Virus record (IMG/VR): IMGVR_UViG_3300037067_027602 | Span: 32,001-96,000 of that record | From: a virus | Taxonomy: Duplodnaviria; Caudoviricetes | DNA: 64,000 nt | Strand: one strand, 5' to 3' | In this document: positions 26,235-37,483 of the stretch, piece by piece | Position numbering within the stretch: position 1 is the stretch's first letter | How the letters are laid out: each line of letters starts with the position of its first letter | Program-made: the position numbers and the translations under genes | The notes under the pieces: model-generated | What the model saw: the letters and a program-made list of their open reading frames with translations, nothing else | Told to the model about the DNA's origin: nothing | Database searches by the model: none

Positions 26235-29003
26235 TCAAACGGACAGGTCATAATACTTTCCGGATATTTTCCCGCTAAACGCTTTTTTTCCGGCGGTTGT
26301 CGACGGATAGCTGTTGCCCCCAAGGTCAAGACACCAGAAACACCTGCCGAAGCAAACTCCTCTCGGAGGAAGCACGAAGCCGAAGACCTTGTTTTTCCAA
26401 ACAGATATTGCGGACGACGCCTCCGATTTCACCGGGGTGGCGTTGAAAGTGTAATATTGCCTCATCTCGACGGCCGAGCGGCTATGGGTCTCGGCCGCGG
26501 TGCCGGTCTGGATGTCCCATGGGCGGTTGACGTCCACCACCTGGTCCACCGTTCCATCCCCGTCGTTGTCGTAGCCGCGGGCGACCATCTCGAACTTGCC
26601 GTTCTCCAAAATCGCCTCGCCCTCGTTCACGAACTTGATGTCTCCCCAGGTGAAATCCGGATACACCGTCGTGTTGTCGGCGACAATCAAAGAATTGCGG
26701 AACTCGAGCTGGCCGCGGCCGTCGTTGGACAGCCGGGTGTAGGTGTGGCGGTAATAGTCGGCTTGGACTCTTGACCCGGACGGGGTGTAATAGAACTCGT
26801 CCAAACCATATCCCGCCCCGTTCTCGAACTCGACGATCCCCCTGTCCTTGTCCCAGGTGTGGTGCGAGTCGACGACGCCGCTCGGGGATCCCGGGGTCCA
26901 TACGAGGGAATCGTCGAAGGGGGCCCCGCTGGGGGCGGCGCGGAGAACGGGGTCGAGGTAGTCGACGAAATCGTCGTCCCCCGCCAAGTACATCCTGGTC
27001 CTGTCCCCGCTGGACAAATCCTCCTCCTTGATGTAATGGGAGTAGTCGGCGGTGACCTCCCCGGACGGCGGGACGGCGAACACCACCCTGCCATCGTCCA
27101 GGGAATAGGAGACGTCGGCGTCGTAGTAGTCGTAGACCATCCTCACCGTGCCGTTGTAGCCCGCCCCGTTTGGGTAGCGGTGCAGCCAAAGCTCCCCGTT
27201 GACGTTGTCCATGTCGTAGTTGGAGAAGACCGTCTCGTGCTTCGGGCCCGACTTCAGGCGGAAACCGCTCATCGAGCTGCTGGCGTCCGTGTAGAGGATC
27301 AGGCATATCTTGGCGCAGTCCTTTATCGCCTCCGCCACGAAACCTCCGTTCACGTCCGCCCCCACGAGATACCCTCCCGTAAGCTCCAGGACCTGCGACC
27401 CCGAACCCGTGAAGGCCATTATCTCCACGAGTTTGGAGGAGTCGTCCAACTCGTACGCCGTGGATCCGTCGGAGGACACCACGGCTTTAAGGGCCCCCGC
27501 CGCGGTGGCGTCATAGACGACGAGGACGTCCCCGGTGTGCGGGGAGCACTTGTTGTACGGCGGGCCGTAGGATCCGCTGTCGAGTCGGAAATGCTCGAAC
27601 TCCAGCTCTATGTCGCCGTATCCGGTGTTGTCGATCACCCATGAGCGGACGTTGCCCGCGTGCGAGCTCTCGAGGTTGGAGTAGTTCTTGGTCCCGTCTG
27701 TTGTCCAGGCGATGATCCGCGGACGCCCCTCCGTGTCATATGACAACGCCCCGGCGCTGACGGCCGGGGCGTCGTTGTACTCGTTCGAGACCCCGGCCAT
27801 CGCCGACCCCGCGACGGCGTCGAAATCGCCGTTGGCGTCCACCGGAAACGAATGGGACGCCGGATAGAAGACGTCTTTCCATTTGCGGATGTACTCCGAG
27901 GACGACGTCTCCGAGGATGGCACCGTTATCTCGGCGTTGGCCGAGGTGACCATGAAAACTTGGTGGGCGTACGACGACGACTCGGGGACGAGGTTTTTCT
28001 GCGCGGTTTGGAGAACTTTGGTGTTCAACCTGATGGAGGAGGTGACCGAAGACGTGTTGCCGGCAGCGTCCCTGGCCTCCATCGTGACGGGCACGTCGTC
28101 GTCGAAACCATAGTCGTCGCCCGGAAGTACCCCGGAGACGCTGCTGGACAGGACATCCCCGCCGCTGGTGTATTGGAACCAGCCGCTGGCGCTGACCGAG
28201 TCCAACCCGGTTATCCTCACCTCCAGATCGAGGGCGTCCGAGGCGTAGAAAGACACCACCGCCGACCGGTCGGGGACGAAGCCGCTGGAGGTTGGGACCA
28301 TCCCCGTGTAGGGGAGCCCGGCGCCGGCCGCCCCCTCCACGCCCAGCACCAGGCTGGCGGGCGGCGTCGTGTGCATTACCGTGGAGTCGACGTAGGCCTG
28401 GCTGACGTTGAAATAGGCGTCCCTGACCCTCGCCCGCAAAGTCTTCGTCCCCTCGGCGGCCGAGGCGAACGATACGGACATCGTGCCGCTGGCGGACAAA
28501 GCCGCCCAGGCGGACGGGAAGGACAGGCTCTCCGTGGTCTGGTAATGGGTCGCCTCCCCCGAGCACGAGGGGGCGATGGTCTGCGAAACTCCGTTTATGT
28601 AGGCCGGAAGGGAAAATGACAAGGAGGGTTTCTCCGTCCTCGCCAGGAAGGCCCCCGATTGCACGTAGGCTGACTCCCCGGAAGCGGAGTCCATCAATTT
28701 CAGCCTGAGAAAAACGTCCCCGTCGAAACCGGGCAAATCGGCGTCCACGTCCCAGAAAAGCTGCGCCGACCTGCCCGGCGCGGTGGAGTAGCTGCTGATG
28801 GCGGTCCCCGGGGTGGACGGCATCAGCGTCGCTTCGGTCCAATCCCCGGACGCAGAAGCCTGGCAATATTGGAAGCCGGACGCCGGCACATGGCAGACCA
28901 GGAGCGTGTCCTGAACGACCTTGAAGTCCGCCTGGACGAATGGGATCAAGTTGACGGAGTCGCCCGCCAGGACGGCCGTGAAATTATTTATGGTGATGGC
29001 CAT
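26235..29003 (-). CDS. Virion protein with Ig-like repeats and a CUB-like domain
   Basis: KTLRARVRDAYFN and EARDAAGNTS (Ig-like); WVIDN...IELEFEHFRLD...C...DVLVVYD...LILYTDASSSMSGFRL (CUB-like). Confidence 0.7.
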   Translation of the reverse strand: MAITINNFTAVLAGDSVNLIPFVQADFKVVQDTLLVCHVPASGFQYCQASASGDWTEATLMPSTPGTAISSYSTAPGRSAQLFWDVDADLPGFDGDVFLRLKLMDSASGESAYVQSGAFLARTEKPSLSFSLPAYINGVSQTIAPSCSGEATHYQTTESLSFPSAWAALSASGTMSVSFASAAEGTKTLRARVRDAYFNVSQAYVDSTVMHTTPPASLVLGVEGAAGAGLPYTGMVPTSSGFVPDRSAVVSFYASDALDLEVRITGLDSVSASGWFQYTSGGDVLSSSVSGVLPGDDYGFDDDVPVTMEARDAAGNTSSVTSSIRLNTKVLQTAQKNLVPESSSYAHQVFMVTSANAEITVPSSETSSSEYIRKWKDVFYPASHSFPVDANGDFDAVAGSAMAGVSNEYNDAPAVSAGALSYDTEGRPRIIAWTTDGTKNYSNLESSHAGNVRSWVIDNTGYGDIELEFEHFRLDSGSYGPPYNKCSPHTGDVLVVYDATAAGALKAVVSSDGSTAYELDDSSKLVEIMAFTGSGSQVLELTGGYLVGADVNGGFVAEAIKDCAKICLILYTDASSSMSGFRLKSGPKHETVFSNYDMDNVNGELWLHRYPNGAGYNGTVRMVYDYYDADVSYSLDDGRVVFAVPPSGEVTADYSHYIKEEDLSSGDRTRMYLAGDDDFVDYLDPVLRAAPSGAPFDDSLVWTPGSPSGVVDSHHTWDKDRGIVEFENGAGYGLDEFYYTPSGSRVQADYYRHTYTRLSNDGRGQLEFRNSLIVADNTTVYPDFTWGDIKFVNEGEAILENGKFEMVARGYDNDGDGTVDQVVDVNRPWDIQTGTAAETHSRSAVEMRQYYTFNATPVKSEASSAISVWKNKVFGFVLPPRGVCFGRCFWCLDLGGNSYPSTTAGKKAFSGKISGKYYDLSV

Positions 29004-29005
29004 GG

Positions 29006-30130
29006 TCAGACGCCTTTCAAGGTCAAATTGTCATATGGGGTTATCGTCCTCGCGACCGGCGTCAGCTCCCCGCCGGCGTAGATGTTCCTCACGGTGGTCT
29101 CGTCGTCCCTGCCAACCCATCTCGCCCCATGGGACAACGGGTGCCTGGGATCGGGGGAGGCGGCGTAGGCGACGCCCCATTCGCCGGAGGCGACCGGCTC
29201 CAGGGTTTGCCCCGTGACGTTGGACACCCCCGCCAGATGCGCGTAGCTGGCCCTCACGGGGGTGGAGGCCGAGTCCACCCCGGAGGCGAACAGCACCATC
29301 CCCATGCGGCAGTCCAGCTGGTATTCCGCCTCCTCGACATAGTGCGGTATCTCCCCCTGGACTATGGGGACCCCCGTGGACTCGTCTATGGTGTCGTCCC
29401 CGGCGTAGTCGTGCATCCCGCGGAACACGTCGGGACCCATATACATGTGCCCCCCGGCCCTCCCTTTCGTGTTTGGCAAAACCCAGAGATCGTGCTCGGC
29501 GATGAACGTCTTCGACCATGGGGACAGTTTCCAGAATTCCATGGACACCTCCCCCGACGGCGCGGAGGACAGGGCCACAAGGCCGGACGCCCCCACCGTC
29601 GAATACCCGGAGGGGAACAGCTCCAGGGAACCGTCCAAAACCACGGGTTGGAAAGACCTGTTGCCCCCGTCGTAGAAACCCGAGCACGACGCCGCCCAAT
29701 ACAGGGATGACGCCGCCCCCTCCTTCCAATACCTCACCCCGCACCCGGACGGGGCGGCCGCGGTGAACATCACCCCGCTCGGGGTCGCCTGGTAGCCGCT
29801 GGACGCCACCATGGATCCGCCCCCGTCGTAGACGGAGGGGTTGAACGGGGAGACGCCGTTCACGAACATGTCCGTGGCGGCCGTCTCCGGGGTTAGCCAC
29901 GGCCATGTGCCCTCGAGGAGGGAGTCGACGTATCCAAAAGCCACGTCCACGGCCTTCAGCGTCTCCGTGATCAACCCGGACACCCCGGTCATCTGGTAGG
30001 CGTCGTCCGGCGACTGCGGTTTGTCCACCACGGGCAGGAGCTCGTCGAAAAGCGTCTGCTGGATGTCGGCGTCCTCGGAGGCGACATAGCCAACGGGGAG
30101 CTCATAAAGCTTTATTTTTGGTGCGCCCAT
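29006..30130 (-). CDS. Virion structural protein (374 aa)
   Basis: ATG 30130 after an AAGGA RBS; YQLDCRMGMVLF...VRASY beta-module shared with the neighbouring tail proteins. Confidence 0.65.
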   Translation of the reverse strand: MGAPKIKLYELPVGYVASEDADIQQTLFDELLPVVDKPQSPDDAYQMTGVSGLITETLKAVDVAFGYVDSLLEGTWPWLTPETAATDMFVNGVSPFNPSVYDGGGSMVASSGYQATPSGVMFTAAAPSGCGVRYWKEGAASSLYWAASCSGFYDGGNRSFQPVVLDGSLELFPSGYSTVGASGLVALSSAPSGEVSMEFWKLSPWSKTFIAEHDLWVLPNTKGRAGGHMYMGPDVFRGMHDYAGDDTIDESTGVPIVQGEIPHYVEEAEYQLDCRMGMVLFASGVDSASTPVRASYAHLAGVSNVTGQTLEPVASGEWGVAYAASPDPRHPLSHGARWVGRDDETTVRNIYAGGELTPVARTITPYDNLTLKGV

Positions 30131-30153
30131 AAAAAATCCGTCCTTTTGAATAT

Positions 30154-33100
30154 TTACGCCAGGGGAACTCCCTCGTCGCGCTCTTTCATGAACACATACA
30201 CCTGCGGCGTCGAGAAGCACACCGCCTGTTTTCCGGTCTGCGACCCGCCGCCGGCGGAGACGTTTGAATATCCGAGCGCGAACCCGGTGCTTTTAAACCC
30301 GCCGGTGCGCTCATATGTGCTGACGACCGACATCGAGCCGTTCTCCGACACAAGCGTCCTGTCCCTCCTGGTCATCCTCTTGGCGTAGAGGTAGACGTCC
30401 CCGGACAGCATGGTCCCCGGCGGCCCCGTCACCTCCACCGTCCCGGACGCCGTCCCGGATATCAAGGTTTTCGGGACGTTGCCGGAGGCGTCGGGGATGC
30501 CGGCCATGATCTGGTCGGAGCCCCCGAACAACGCCGCCATGTCGCCCTCGTTCCACTTGGAGGCGCCAAGCTCATCACCCTTGATGTAGCCGATCGAGAA
30601 ATCTCCGTCCATCCTGGTCGTGTTGTAGCATGTCCACTGCAGCTTCCTCGCCGCCCCGTGGATGGGCAGGGACCAACCAGGATCCGGGAACGGGGACGGG
30701 GCGGCGGCCGGGATGCCCACCACGGCCGGTGGCGTCTCCCCCGCAGGCTCGCATCCGAGGATGTTGCAGACGGCGTCCCTTTCAACCACATAGGACGGGC
30801 CCGTCCCCACGGCGAAGGCGGTGGTCTCCACCGTGGTCCCGTTTCCGGTGAAATACCTCACCTCCAAGGAGACGGGGACGCTGTCCGGGTTTATGGCCCC
30901 GTCGATGTCCCAGATATTGGCGGGGGACGCCCCGGACCCGTAGACGGTCGGGAACTCCACGGAATTGGTCGCCCGGTCGTAGTAGCACGCCCCTCCGACG
31001 ATGCCCGTCCCGGACGCCGCCGGGCCCACTTGCCAGCGCAACCTCGTCTCGTCCCTGGTGCTGAGCAGATCCATCGGGATGGCGTAAGTCCCGTCGCTGC
31101 TCGCCCTCACCGAGGTTATTTTTGTCGGGCGGTCGCCCAGCTGGAACTTGTTGAGCCCGGTGTAGAACGGGAACAGCTCCGTCTCCCCTTCCGGGGTCAC
31201 CAGCACGTCCCCCGGCTCGGTCTCGTGGCCATACACCTCGAACCTTGAGCAATATGAAAGATATTTCGAGTTCTCCAACCTGGGCGACCCCGACGGGACG
31301 ACCGAGGGGAAATCGAACGCCGCCGAGAAAAACACTCCGCTCGCCGAGTTGGACAGCACCGGGACGCCGACCACGCCGTCCGAGGTCGGTATCTCCATGG
31401 ATCCACCATCCCAGTATCCAGGGACAAGCCCGGACGCCGGCATATATGACGAAACGGATGCCGGGAGCGACCCGGCTGGGATGTCTTTGTGGAACACCAT
31501 GGCCACCGGCTTTGAGCGGAACCGCACCATCCTGGCGAGCGGCACCACGAAATTTTTCCCCTCGTAGTCGGAAGCCGTGTTGACATCCCCGCCCTGGGCC
31601 CAGAACCCCGTGAAGAAATCGGGGAGCGAGCTTGCCTGGACAATTTTCAGAGCCTTGTCGGAACCGTATTCGGGGATGTTCCATTTCTTCGATCCGTCGT
31701 CCCACCCGACGGAGAACAAGTTCCTCCATTGCCCGTCCTCCGGCATATAGTCGACGCAAAACCCGTGATGGGCGTCCAGGCCGGATATCCCATGCCCCAC
31801 GCGGACGGCGGTGACAAAATGGTTCCTGTCGGGCTCGGGGCCGTAGAACGCCGTCTCTATGCCGTCCCCGGCTTCGTAGAACGCCCCGGACGCGGAGAGC
31901 AAAGACGACCCGCATTTCAGGCACTTCGTCCCGTATATCGTCGGGACGACCGTGGCCGAGGGGCTGGATTTGCACCATTGAATGTAAGTGGCCACGGACA
32001 TGCTGTTCCTGCCCACGAAACAGTTCTGGTTCTGGCAGATTGCGTTCGCCATGTTCCACCGCCCCGCCTTGGCCCGCCAGTCCCTGTGCGAGGTCTGCAC
32101 CGGGAACCCGATCAAATCGACCACGAAGCTCTGGTCGACCCCCAGCGCGTTCTGGCACATCCAATACCCGGACGGCTGCGCCGGCTCGGATCCTTGGGGA
32201 AGGGGAGATCCGTCGGCGCCGAGGGCCAGCTGCGAGACATGGTATCCATCATATCCCGGATCCCCCTCCTCCAGCAACCCGCTCGGGCCGGCGTCCACGA
32301 AAAAATCCGTCACCAGATCCTCGGGGAACCTGCACCCGGACGAGAAGGCGTAGAGGTCTCCCGACACCTTGACGGGCATCTCGCCCCCGTCGAGCAACGG
32401 AAAATGCCATGGATCCGACAACCACATCCCGTGGGAATTGAAATATCTGTAGTTGACATATTGCTGGGGGTCGTCCAAACCGTCGGAGAACTCCGTTTTC
32501 TCGAATCTGTCCCTCGTCCCGGACGCGAGCGCCTGGAAGGATTTTCCGGTGGACATCTTATATCCCCGGTCGATCCTCTCGTCATACCTGGATTTGAACA
32601 GGGAGGATATGTCCATCACCTGCCGGCTCCATCCGGCGCTCAAATTCCCGGCCCCTCCCGAGCTTCCGTCCCCGCCGCCATAGGTGGCGTCCGATCCGTC
32701 CTGGATGACGACCTCGCCCCCCTCGGTCCAATCAAGCCCGGACGGGAGGACCATCTTGGGGCCGTCCTTGTGGTACAGCAACTTGTCGTTCATCCCGGAC
32801 AGGTCGAAATACCCGGGGATGGGCTGGGTCTCGTTGTTGGCGTGGATGTCCAGGAAAGACCTGGAGAACATCTTGAAATCTTTCTCCGTTCCGTCGACGC
32901 CAGGCCTCCCGGCGAACATCCTCCCGTCTATCCTCTCCTTCATCATGTAGGCCGAGAACTCCGCCGAGGTGTACCTTTTCCACATTTCCTGCTCTGTGAC
33001 GATCGAAATTATCCCGCTTCCATAACCACCCCAGGCAAGCACGCTCTGGTCGACGAAATAACCCCTGGCGGTGTCCACGAACTTCGATATGGCGGAGTCC

Positions 33101-36100
33101 TCCAGCCCGAAATACGGGTTGTCCATCCCGTGGGACGGGCGGTAGCTGTCAGTCGTCCAGTAGAACGGGTTGTCGGCCTGAGAGCGTCCCTCCGCCCATT
33201 GCTCGTTCGTGCCGTTGAAATATTGCCTGTAGCGCGCCCCCGACCAGACGATGCCGACCGCCGGGGTCGTGGGATGGCAGACCGGCTCGAAGACGGCGAA
33301 GGCCTTGTCGACCTCCTTATCCATTGGCAGCCAGCCCTGCAAGAAATGGAAGCTGTTCGATCTGACATTCCCCGTGTAGTTGAGCCAGTGCCCCCCATCC
33401 GCACCCACGGCGGCGCTGTCCAGCCCCAGCGCGGATCCAAGCCCGTCCCGTTGGATGAAACCGACGTATTTGTGGCGTCTCCACCAGATCGGATCGGTGG
33501 GGAAATAGTAGTAGATCGACCTGCCCGGGAAATTACCGTCCCAGAATTCCACATATTGGCGGCGCCCGGTGCTATTGGCCCCTATGACCTGGGCGGGGAG
33601 CCCTTTCATTTTTTTCTCCCATGACCGGACCGTCTTCGTCCCATATCTGTCTTTATACCCCGGCTGCTTGTCCACGCTGAAATCCACCCCCCCGTCAGAC
33701 CCGCCCAATTGCACGGCGAACACCGGGGATATGTGGTTCCTCAACATCTTCAGGCTGGAGACGGACACCATGTCAAGCCCGGAAGCCCCGGCGTAGGGGG
33801 AGACGAGGTTGTCGGTGTACACCCCGGACGACGGCCGTGAATTATCCAGGCCGGACATCCCGGCCGCCAACATCCCATCCTCGTATCCAGGATCAAGATA
33901 GGCGTGGTCAAGATCCCCCGATCCCCCGGGCGTCCCCTGTATCATATGGGCCCAATAGGGCAAATCCAGCTTGGCGACAGACGCCTCCGTGGTGGCGTTC
34001 GCCGAGGACGACCCCAGCTCATATCCCCCTCCCGTGTTGCCTCCCCCCAATTTCGACAATATCTGCGTGACGAACTGGCGCCCAACCGGGACGGGGTTCC
34101 TCCAATAATATCCGTCCCCGCACACCTCCTGGCCCGGCAGACCCCAGACATTGACCACCCCTTTCGCGTACACCCCGGGGAATGCCGCCCATTTTCCGCC
34201 AGGGGACAAAGCGGTGGAGCATCTCGGGCACGACGTATCCCTGGCATATTCCAGATCGGTTACGACCTGGTCCACCACCGGCTCCCCGAAATAGTTCAGG
34301 GAAGATCCCGAGGCGGCCACCCCGCACGCCGGGCAGATGTAGTAATCCCTCTCGGCCGGGAGCATGTCCCTGCTCATGTCGGGGAGATATATCCGGCTCC
34401 CGAGATCGTTCTCATAAGTCTGCGCGTCCACCGCCGCCAAAGAGGCCTGGGTGTCGGACGAATAGACCGTGATGGCCCCGGCCGTGGATCCGAAACTGTC
34501 GTCGGCGGTGATCACGCTGTTCGTCCTGTAGGCGAAAATCGGGACCGCCCCGCTCGCGTCGACGCCCGTCCCCATCCTCGACCCGTCGGAGGCCGGCCCG
34601 CCCAACCCCCTTCCGTCCACTATGTAGTCGCCAGTCTTGTCCACCCTGTAGCCGATGTAATACGACGACCCCTGCTCCGGCTGCGACTCCGGGTCGTTGT
34701 CTCCCCCCTCCAGGCCGTATATCGACCCTCCCCCGCCAACCTGGCAGAGGACTTCCTCCCCCATCCTGGAATAGTCCTTGTATTCTGGCGCCCTGCCGCC
34801 CATGAACGGCCTCTCGTTGTCGATGTAATTGACAAACCTCGACGGCGAGGCGTAGTCCTCCAATAGCTCGACCAGCCATGGGGCGCCGGACGCCCCGGGG
34901 ACGGATAGCTGGACGCCGTCGGCGTCGCGCTGGTCGATGAACCCGAAAACTCTGGCCGACAAGTTAAACCCCGACGCCGACGGGTCGGAGTCGAAACAGA
35001 AAAACGAAACCCCGGACGCCGTCGTCATGGCCTCCACGCCATAGACGTCCCCAGGCTGCCCCATGGCATGGTAGACCCCGCTCCCCATCATGGCGACGGA
35101 CAGGGACGGGAACCCGTCCATCCCGAACTGGCGGAACGGCGCCAGAACCGTCCCCAGCAACGTCGAGTACGCCTCGTCATATTCAAGGGCTCTCCGCGGA
35201 ATGGACATCCCGGGGCACCCGCCATTGTAATATTTGCAGTACGGCTCGCCGTCAACCCCCGCAAGAGACCCCGCCGAATATCCGTCGGAATACTGGAACC
35301 CATGGGCTTTGTCGCACACCCCAGGCTTGTAGCAGGGCATGCAGCTCTGGCCGAACCGATGGGCGCTGAGGTTGTTCCTGTCGCCGAAAAAATTCTCGTC
35401 GACGCCACCGTAGCTATATTCTTTTTTGTCGAAGGCGAATTTGCCGGTCCCCCTTTTGTAGGTGTCCGAACCGATGCCCGCCGAAGCCTTAGAGGACAGC
35501 TCCCTCCCCTCCGATTGAACTTTCTTGAACTCGTATGTCACGTTCCATGTGATGTCCGCCTCCGCCAGGTCGGACGGCTCCTCGGTCCTGTCCTGCCCCA
35601 GCTTCCTGAAAACATCGCCGGCCACCGCGAACCCCAGGCTGGTAAGCCCGGTGTCGCTCATCGCCATAGCAGACTTTCCGTCCACGAGGTTAGCCGCCCC
35701 CCCGGCCATGGAATACCCCTCGATCCCTGCGTACGCCGAGGCGAACTCGGAGCTGTTCGTGGCCTCGACGGAGAAATTTCCGACAAGCCTTTGCCCCGTG
35801 TGCTGATATAGCGGGCATAAACCCCCGGCCGCCGAATACTCGGCCTTGACGTCCGTGCCCGGGCCGACGTTGGACGGGTAGAACTGGCATTTGGACGGAT
35901 CCACGACCACTCCGCTTTCCCCGACCTCCTCTTGTATAGAGCACCCCGCCCCCTGCGCCAGCGTCCCTTCCCAGAACTGGCATCCCTTATGGACTAAGTC
36001 CCCCTCGTCGCAGTTGTGCGGGGTTATCGACGCCCCTTTCATCCTCTGCTCCGGGATCGGGACGGGGACACCTCCAGGATCCACGGAATATCTGAACGGG

Positions 36101-37038
36101 ATCACGCCGGAGGCGCTGGTCTTCGTGTAGCCGCACGGTTGGATGGTGGGACGCCCGGCGAACGACACCACCCCGTCCGCCCATGCGTACAAAGGGGCCC
36201 CGAACGTGGCCGTGACCTTTGGGACGATGACGTCGGAATACATGTCGTCCGGCTCCAGCCACGCCTTCGGGGCCGACATGGACAGGGAATGGGGCGGGAT
36301 GTTCCCGTGCGCCCCAATCTTCACGCATGTGGCCGGCAAATCCTTTTTGTAGATCCTGACCCCTTTGTTCTCAGACCAATATCCGAGGCCTCCCCGCCGC
36401 CCGTATACCCCCTGGCGTTTGAACGTCCTCTGCTTCCCCTCCGGGGCGGCGGGGTCAGTCCATGGAGTTCCGTGGGTCCCTTTCTCGAGATCCTCCTGCT
36501 TGTAGACTTTCCCCGAGACCCCTTTGAAATTGTAGAGGCTTTCGAAGGAAACCAGCTTCACGCCCCCGACTATGCCGCATCGGAACGTCTCCTCCTTGCC
36601 GCAACCGGACGCCACGGCGGGGGCCGACCCGTAAGGGGCCATGATGTCATAGACCCCGTTGGCGACCGCCAAAGTGAACGGGTTGAACAACGGCGGCTCC
36701 ACCACGACCCCCGATGCGGCCGTCCCCTGGAAAATGTAGTCGGTGAACTTCCATGGGGAATCGACCTCGGGGAACTGCTGGCAGAAGGCGTTCGTGTCGG
36801 AGATCGCCGCGAAACGGACGTCCGGCTCGAACTTGTCCGACCAGTTGCCCCAACGCTGATATCCGGACGCGTTGTTGGCCACGCATGGAGCCCCGTAAAA
36901 GTTCGCCCTCTCCTGGACATGGTCCAGATTGAACAACGCCTCTCCGGGGGAGGTGTCGAAGGAGAAACCGGTTTTATCCGGCCACTTCACATTGACGTCC
37001 ATGATCCCGCTAGGCATTTTTACCAACCCATCCGCCAT
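30154..37038 (-). CDS. Very large (2,294 aa) tail tip/baseplate-associated protein, Cys-cluster rich
   Basis: Uninterrupted ORF in the tail module with multiple CxxC pairs. Confidence 0.7.
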   Translation of the reverse strand: MADGLVKMPSGIMDVNVKWPDKTGFSFDTSPGEALFNLDHVQERANFYGAPCVANNASGYQRWGNWSDKFEPDVRFAAISDTNAFCQQFPEVDSPWKFTDYIFQGTAASGVVVEPPLFNPFTLAVANGVYDIMAPYGSAPAVASGCGKEETFRCGIVGGVKLVSFESLYNFKGVSGKVYKQEDLEKGTHGTPWTDPAAPEGKQRTFKRQGVYGRRGGLGYWSENKGVRIYKKDLPATCVKIGAHGNIPPHSLSMSAPKAWLEPDDMYSDVIVPKVTATFGAPLYAWADGVVSFAGRPTIQPCGYTKTSASGVIPFRYSVDPGGVPVPIPEQRMKGASITPHNCDEGDLVHKGCQFWEGTLAQGAGCSIQEEVGESGVVVDPSKCQFYPSNVGPGTDVKAEYSAAGGLCPLYQHTGQRLVGNFSVEATNSSEFASAYAGIEGYSMAGGAANLVDGKSAMAMSDTGLTSLGFAVAGDVFRKLGQDRTEEPSDLAEADITWNVTYEFKKVQSEGRELSSKASAGIGSDTYKRGTGKFAFDKKEYSYGGVDENFFGDRNNLSAHRFGQSCMPCYKPGVCDKAHGFQYSDGYSAGSLAGVDGEPYCKYYNGGCPGMSIPRRALEYDEAYSTLLGTVLAPFRQFGMDGFPSLSVAMMGSGVYHAMGQPGDVYGVEAMTTASGVSFFCFDSDPSASGFNLSARVFGFIDQRDADGVQLSVPGASGAPWLVELLEDYASPSRFVNYIDNERPFMGGRAPEYKDYSRMGEEVLCQVGGGGSIYGLEGGDNDPESQPEQGSSYYIGYRVDKTGDYIVDGRGLGGPASDGSRMGTGVDASGAVPIFAYRTNSVITADDSFGSTAGAITVYSSDTQASLAAVDAQTYENDLGSRIYLPDMSRDMLPAERDYYICPACGVAASGSSLNYFGEPVVDQVVTDLEYARDTSCPRCSTALSPGGKWAAFPGVYAKGVVNVWGLPGQEVCGDGYYWRNPVPVGRQFVTQILSKLGGGNTGGGYELGSSSANATTEASVAKLDLPYWAHMIQGTPGGSGDLDHAYLDPGYEDGMLAAGMSGLDNSRPSSGVYTDNLVSPYAGASGLDMVSVSSLKMLRNHISPVFAVQLGGSDGGVDFSVDKQPGYKDRYGTKTVRSWEKKMKGLPAQVIGANSTGRRQYVEFWDGNFPGRSIYYYFPTDPIWWRRHKYVGFIQRDGLGSALGLDSAAVGADGGHWLNYTGNVRSNSFHFLQGWLPMDKEVDKAFAVFEPVCHPTTPAVGIVWSGARYRQYFNGTNEQWAEGRSQADNPFYWTTDSYRPSHGMDNPYFGLEDSAISKFVDTARGYFVDQSVLAWGGYGSGIISIVTEQEMWKRYTSAEFSAYMMKERIDGRMFAGRPGVDGTEKDFKMFSRSFLDIHANNETQPIPGYFDLSGMNDKLLYHKDGPKMVLPSGLDWTEGGEVVIQDGSDATYGGGDGSSGGAGNLSAGWSRQVMDISSLFKSRYDERIDRGYKMSTGKSFQALASGTRDRFEKTEFSDGLDDPQQYVNYRYFNSHGMWLSDPWHFPLLDGGEMPVKVSGDLYAFSSGCRFPEDLVTDFFVDAGPSGLLEEGDPGYDGYHVSQLALGADGSPLPQGSEPAQPSGYWMCQNALGVDQSFVVDLIGFPVQTSHRDWRAKAGRWNMANAICQNQNCFVGRNSMSVATYIQWCKSSPSATVVPTIYGTKCLKCGSSLLSASGAFYEAGDGIETAFYGPEPDRNHFVTAVRVGHGISGLDAHHGFCVDYMPEDGQWRNLFSVGWDDGSKKWNIPEYGSDKALKIVQASSLPDFFTGFWAQGGDVNTASDYEGKNFVVPLARMVRFRSKPVAMVFHKDIPAGSLPASVSSYMPASGLVPGYWDGGSMEIPTSDGVVGVPVLSNSASGVFFSAAFDFPSVVPSGSPRLENSKYLSYCSRFEVYGHETEPGDVLVTPEGETELFPFYTGLNKFQLGDRPTKITSVRASSDGTYAIPMDLLSTRDETRLRWQVGPAASGTGIVGGACYYDRATNSVEFPTVYGSGASPANIWDIDGAINPDSVPVSLEVRYFTGNGTTVETTAFAVGTGPSYVVERDAVCNILGCEPAGETPPAVVGIPAAAPSPFPDPGWSLPIHGAARKLQWTCYNTTRMDGDFSIGYIKGDELGASKWNEGDMAALFGGSDQIMAGIPDASGNVPKTLISGTASGTVEVTGPPGTMLSGDVYLYAKRMTRRDRTLVSENGSMSVVSTYERTGGFKSTGFALGYSNVSAGGGSQTGKQAVCFSTPQVYVFMKERDEGVPLA

Positions 37039-37478
37039 GTCTCGTCGCCGAGGAACATTTTTATCTCGTGTTCCCTGCGCCGGACTATTCCTGGTTCCAC
37101 CACGGCAACGTCGTTTTTATGGACGTAGACCCATCTCCTCAATTCCCTGATGGCGTACGCCAGCCGCCCTAGATTGATCTCTTTCAGCAAGGTCGAATCA
37201 GAGAATGCCCTCTTTCCTTGCTGATATGAGAAACTCGTCAACGCCGCCTCCTGGCATGGAAGCAATCTCGTCTTGACTTCCTTCCTGACATGCGCCAGAA
37301 AACCGTCCACACGGTATTCCAACAGCTTCGACGCCTCCTCCTTGGTGATGGAATCGCCTCCATAACAAGTTTCGCCGTAGCCTATCGTCCTTTTGCCAGC
37401 GCTGTCAAGATACCACGCCGCGCTGAATTTCTCAATCATCTTGAGAATTTCAATCGCCAGTTTTTTCGCCTCGTCCAT
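37020..37478 (-). CDS. GH24 (T4-type) lysozyme
   Basis: E-x8-D-x5-T catalytic motif (EKFSAAWYLDSAGKRTIGYG), ALTSFSYQ, STLLKEIN and GIVRRREHE. Confidence 0.92.
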   Translation of the reverse strand: MDEAKKLAIEILKMIEKFSAAWYLDSAGKRTIGYGETCYGGDSITKEEASKLLEYRVDGFLAHVRKEVKTRLLPCQEAALTSFSYQQGKRAFSDSTLLKEINLGRLAYAIRELRRWVYVHKNDVAVVEPGIVRRREHEIKMFLGDETWRMGW

Positions 37479-37483
37479 GGCGG

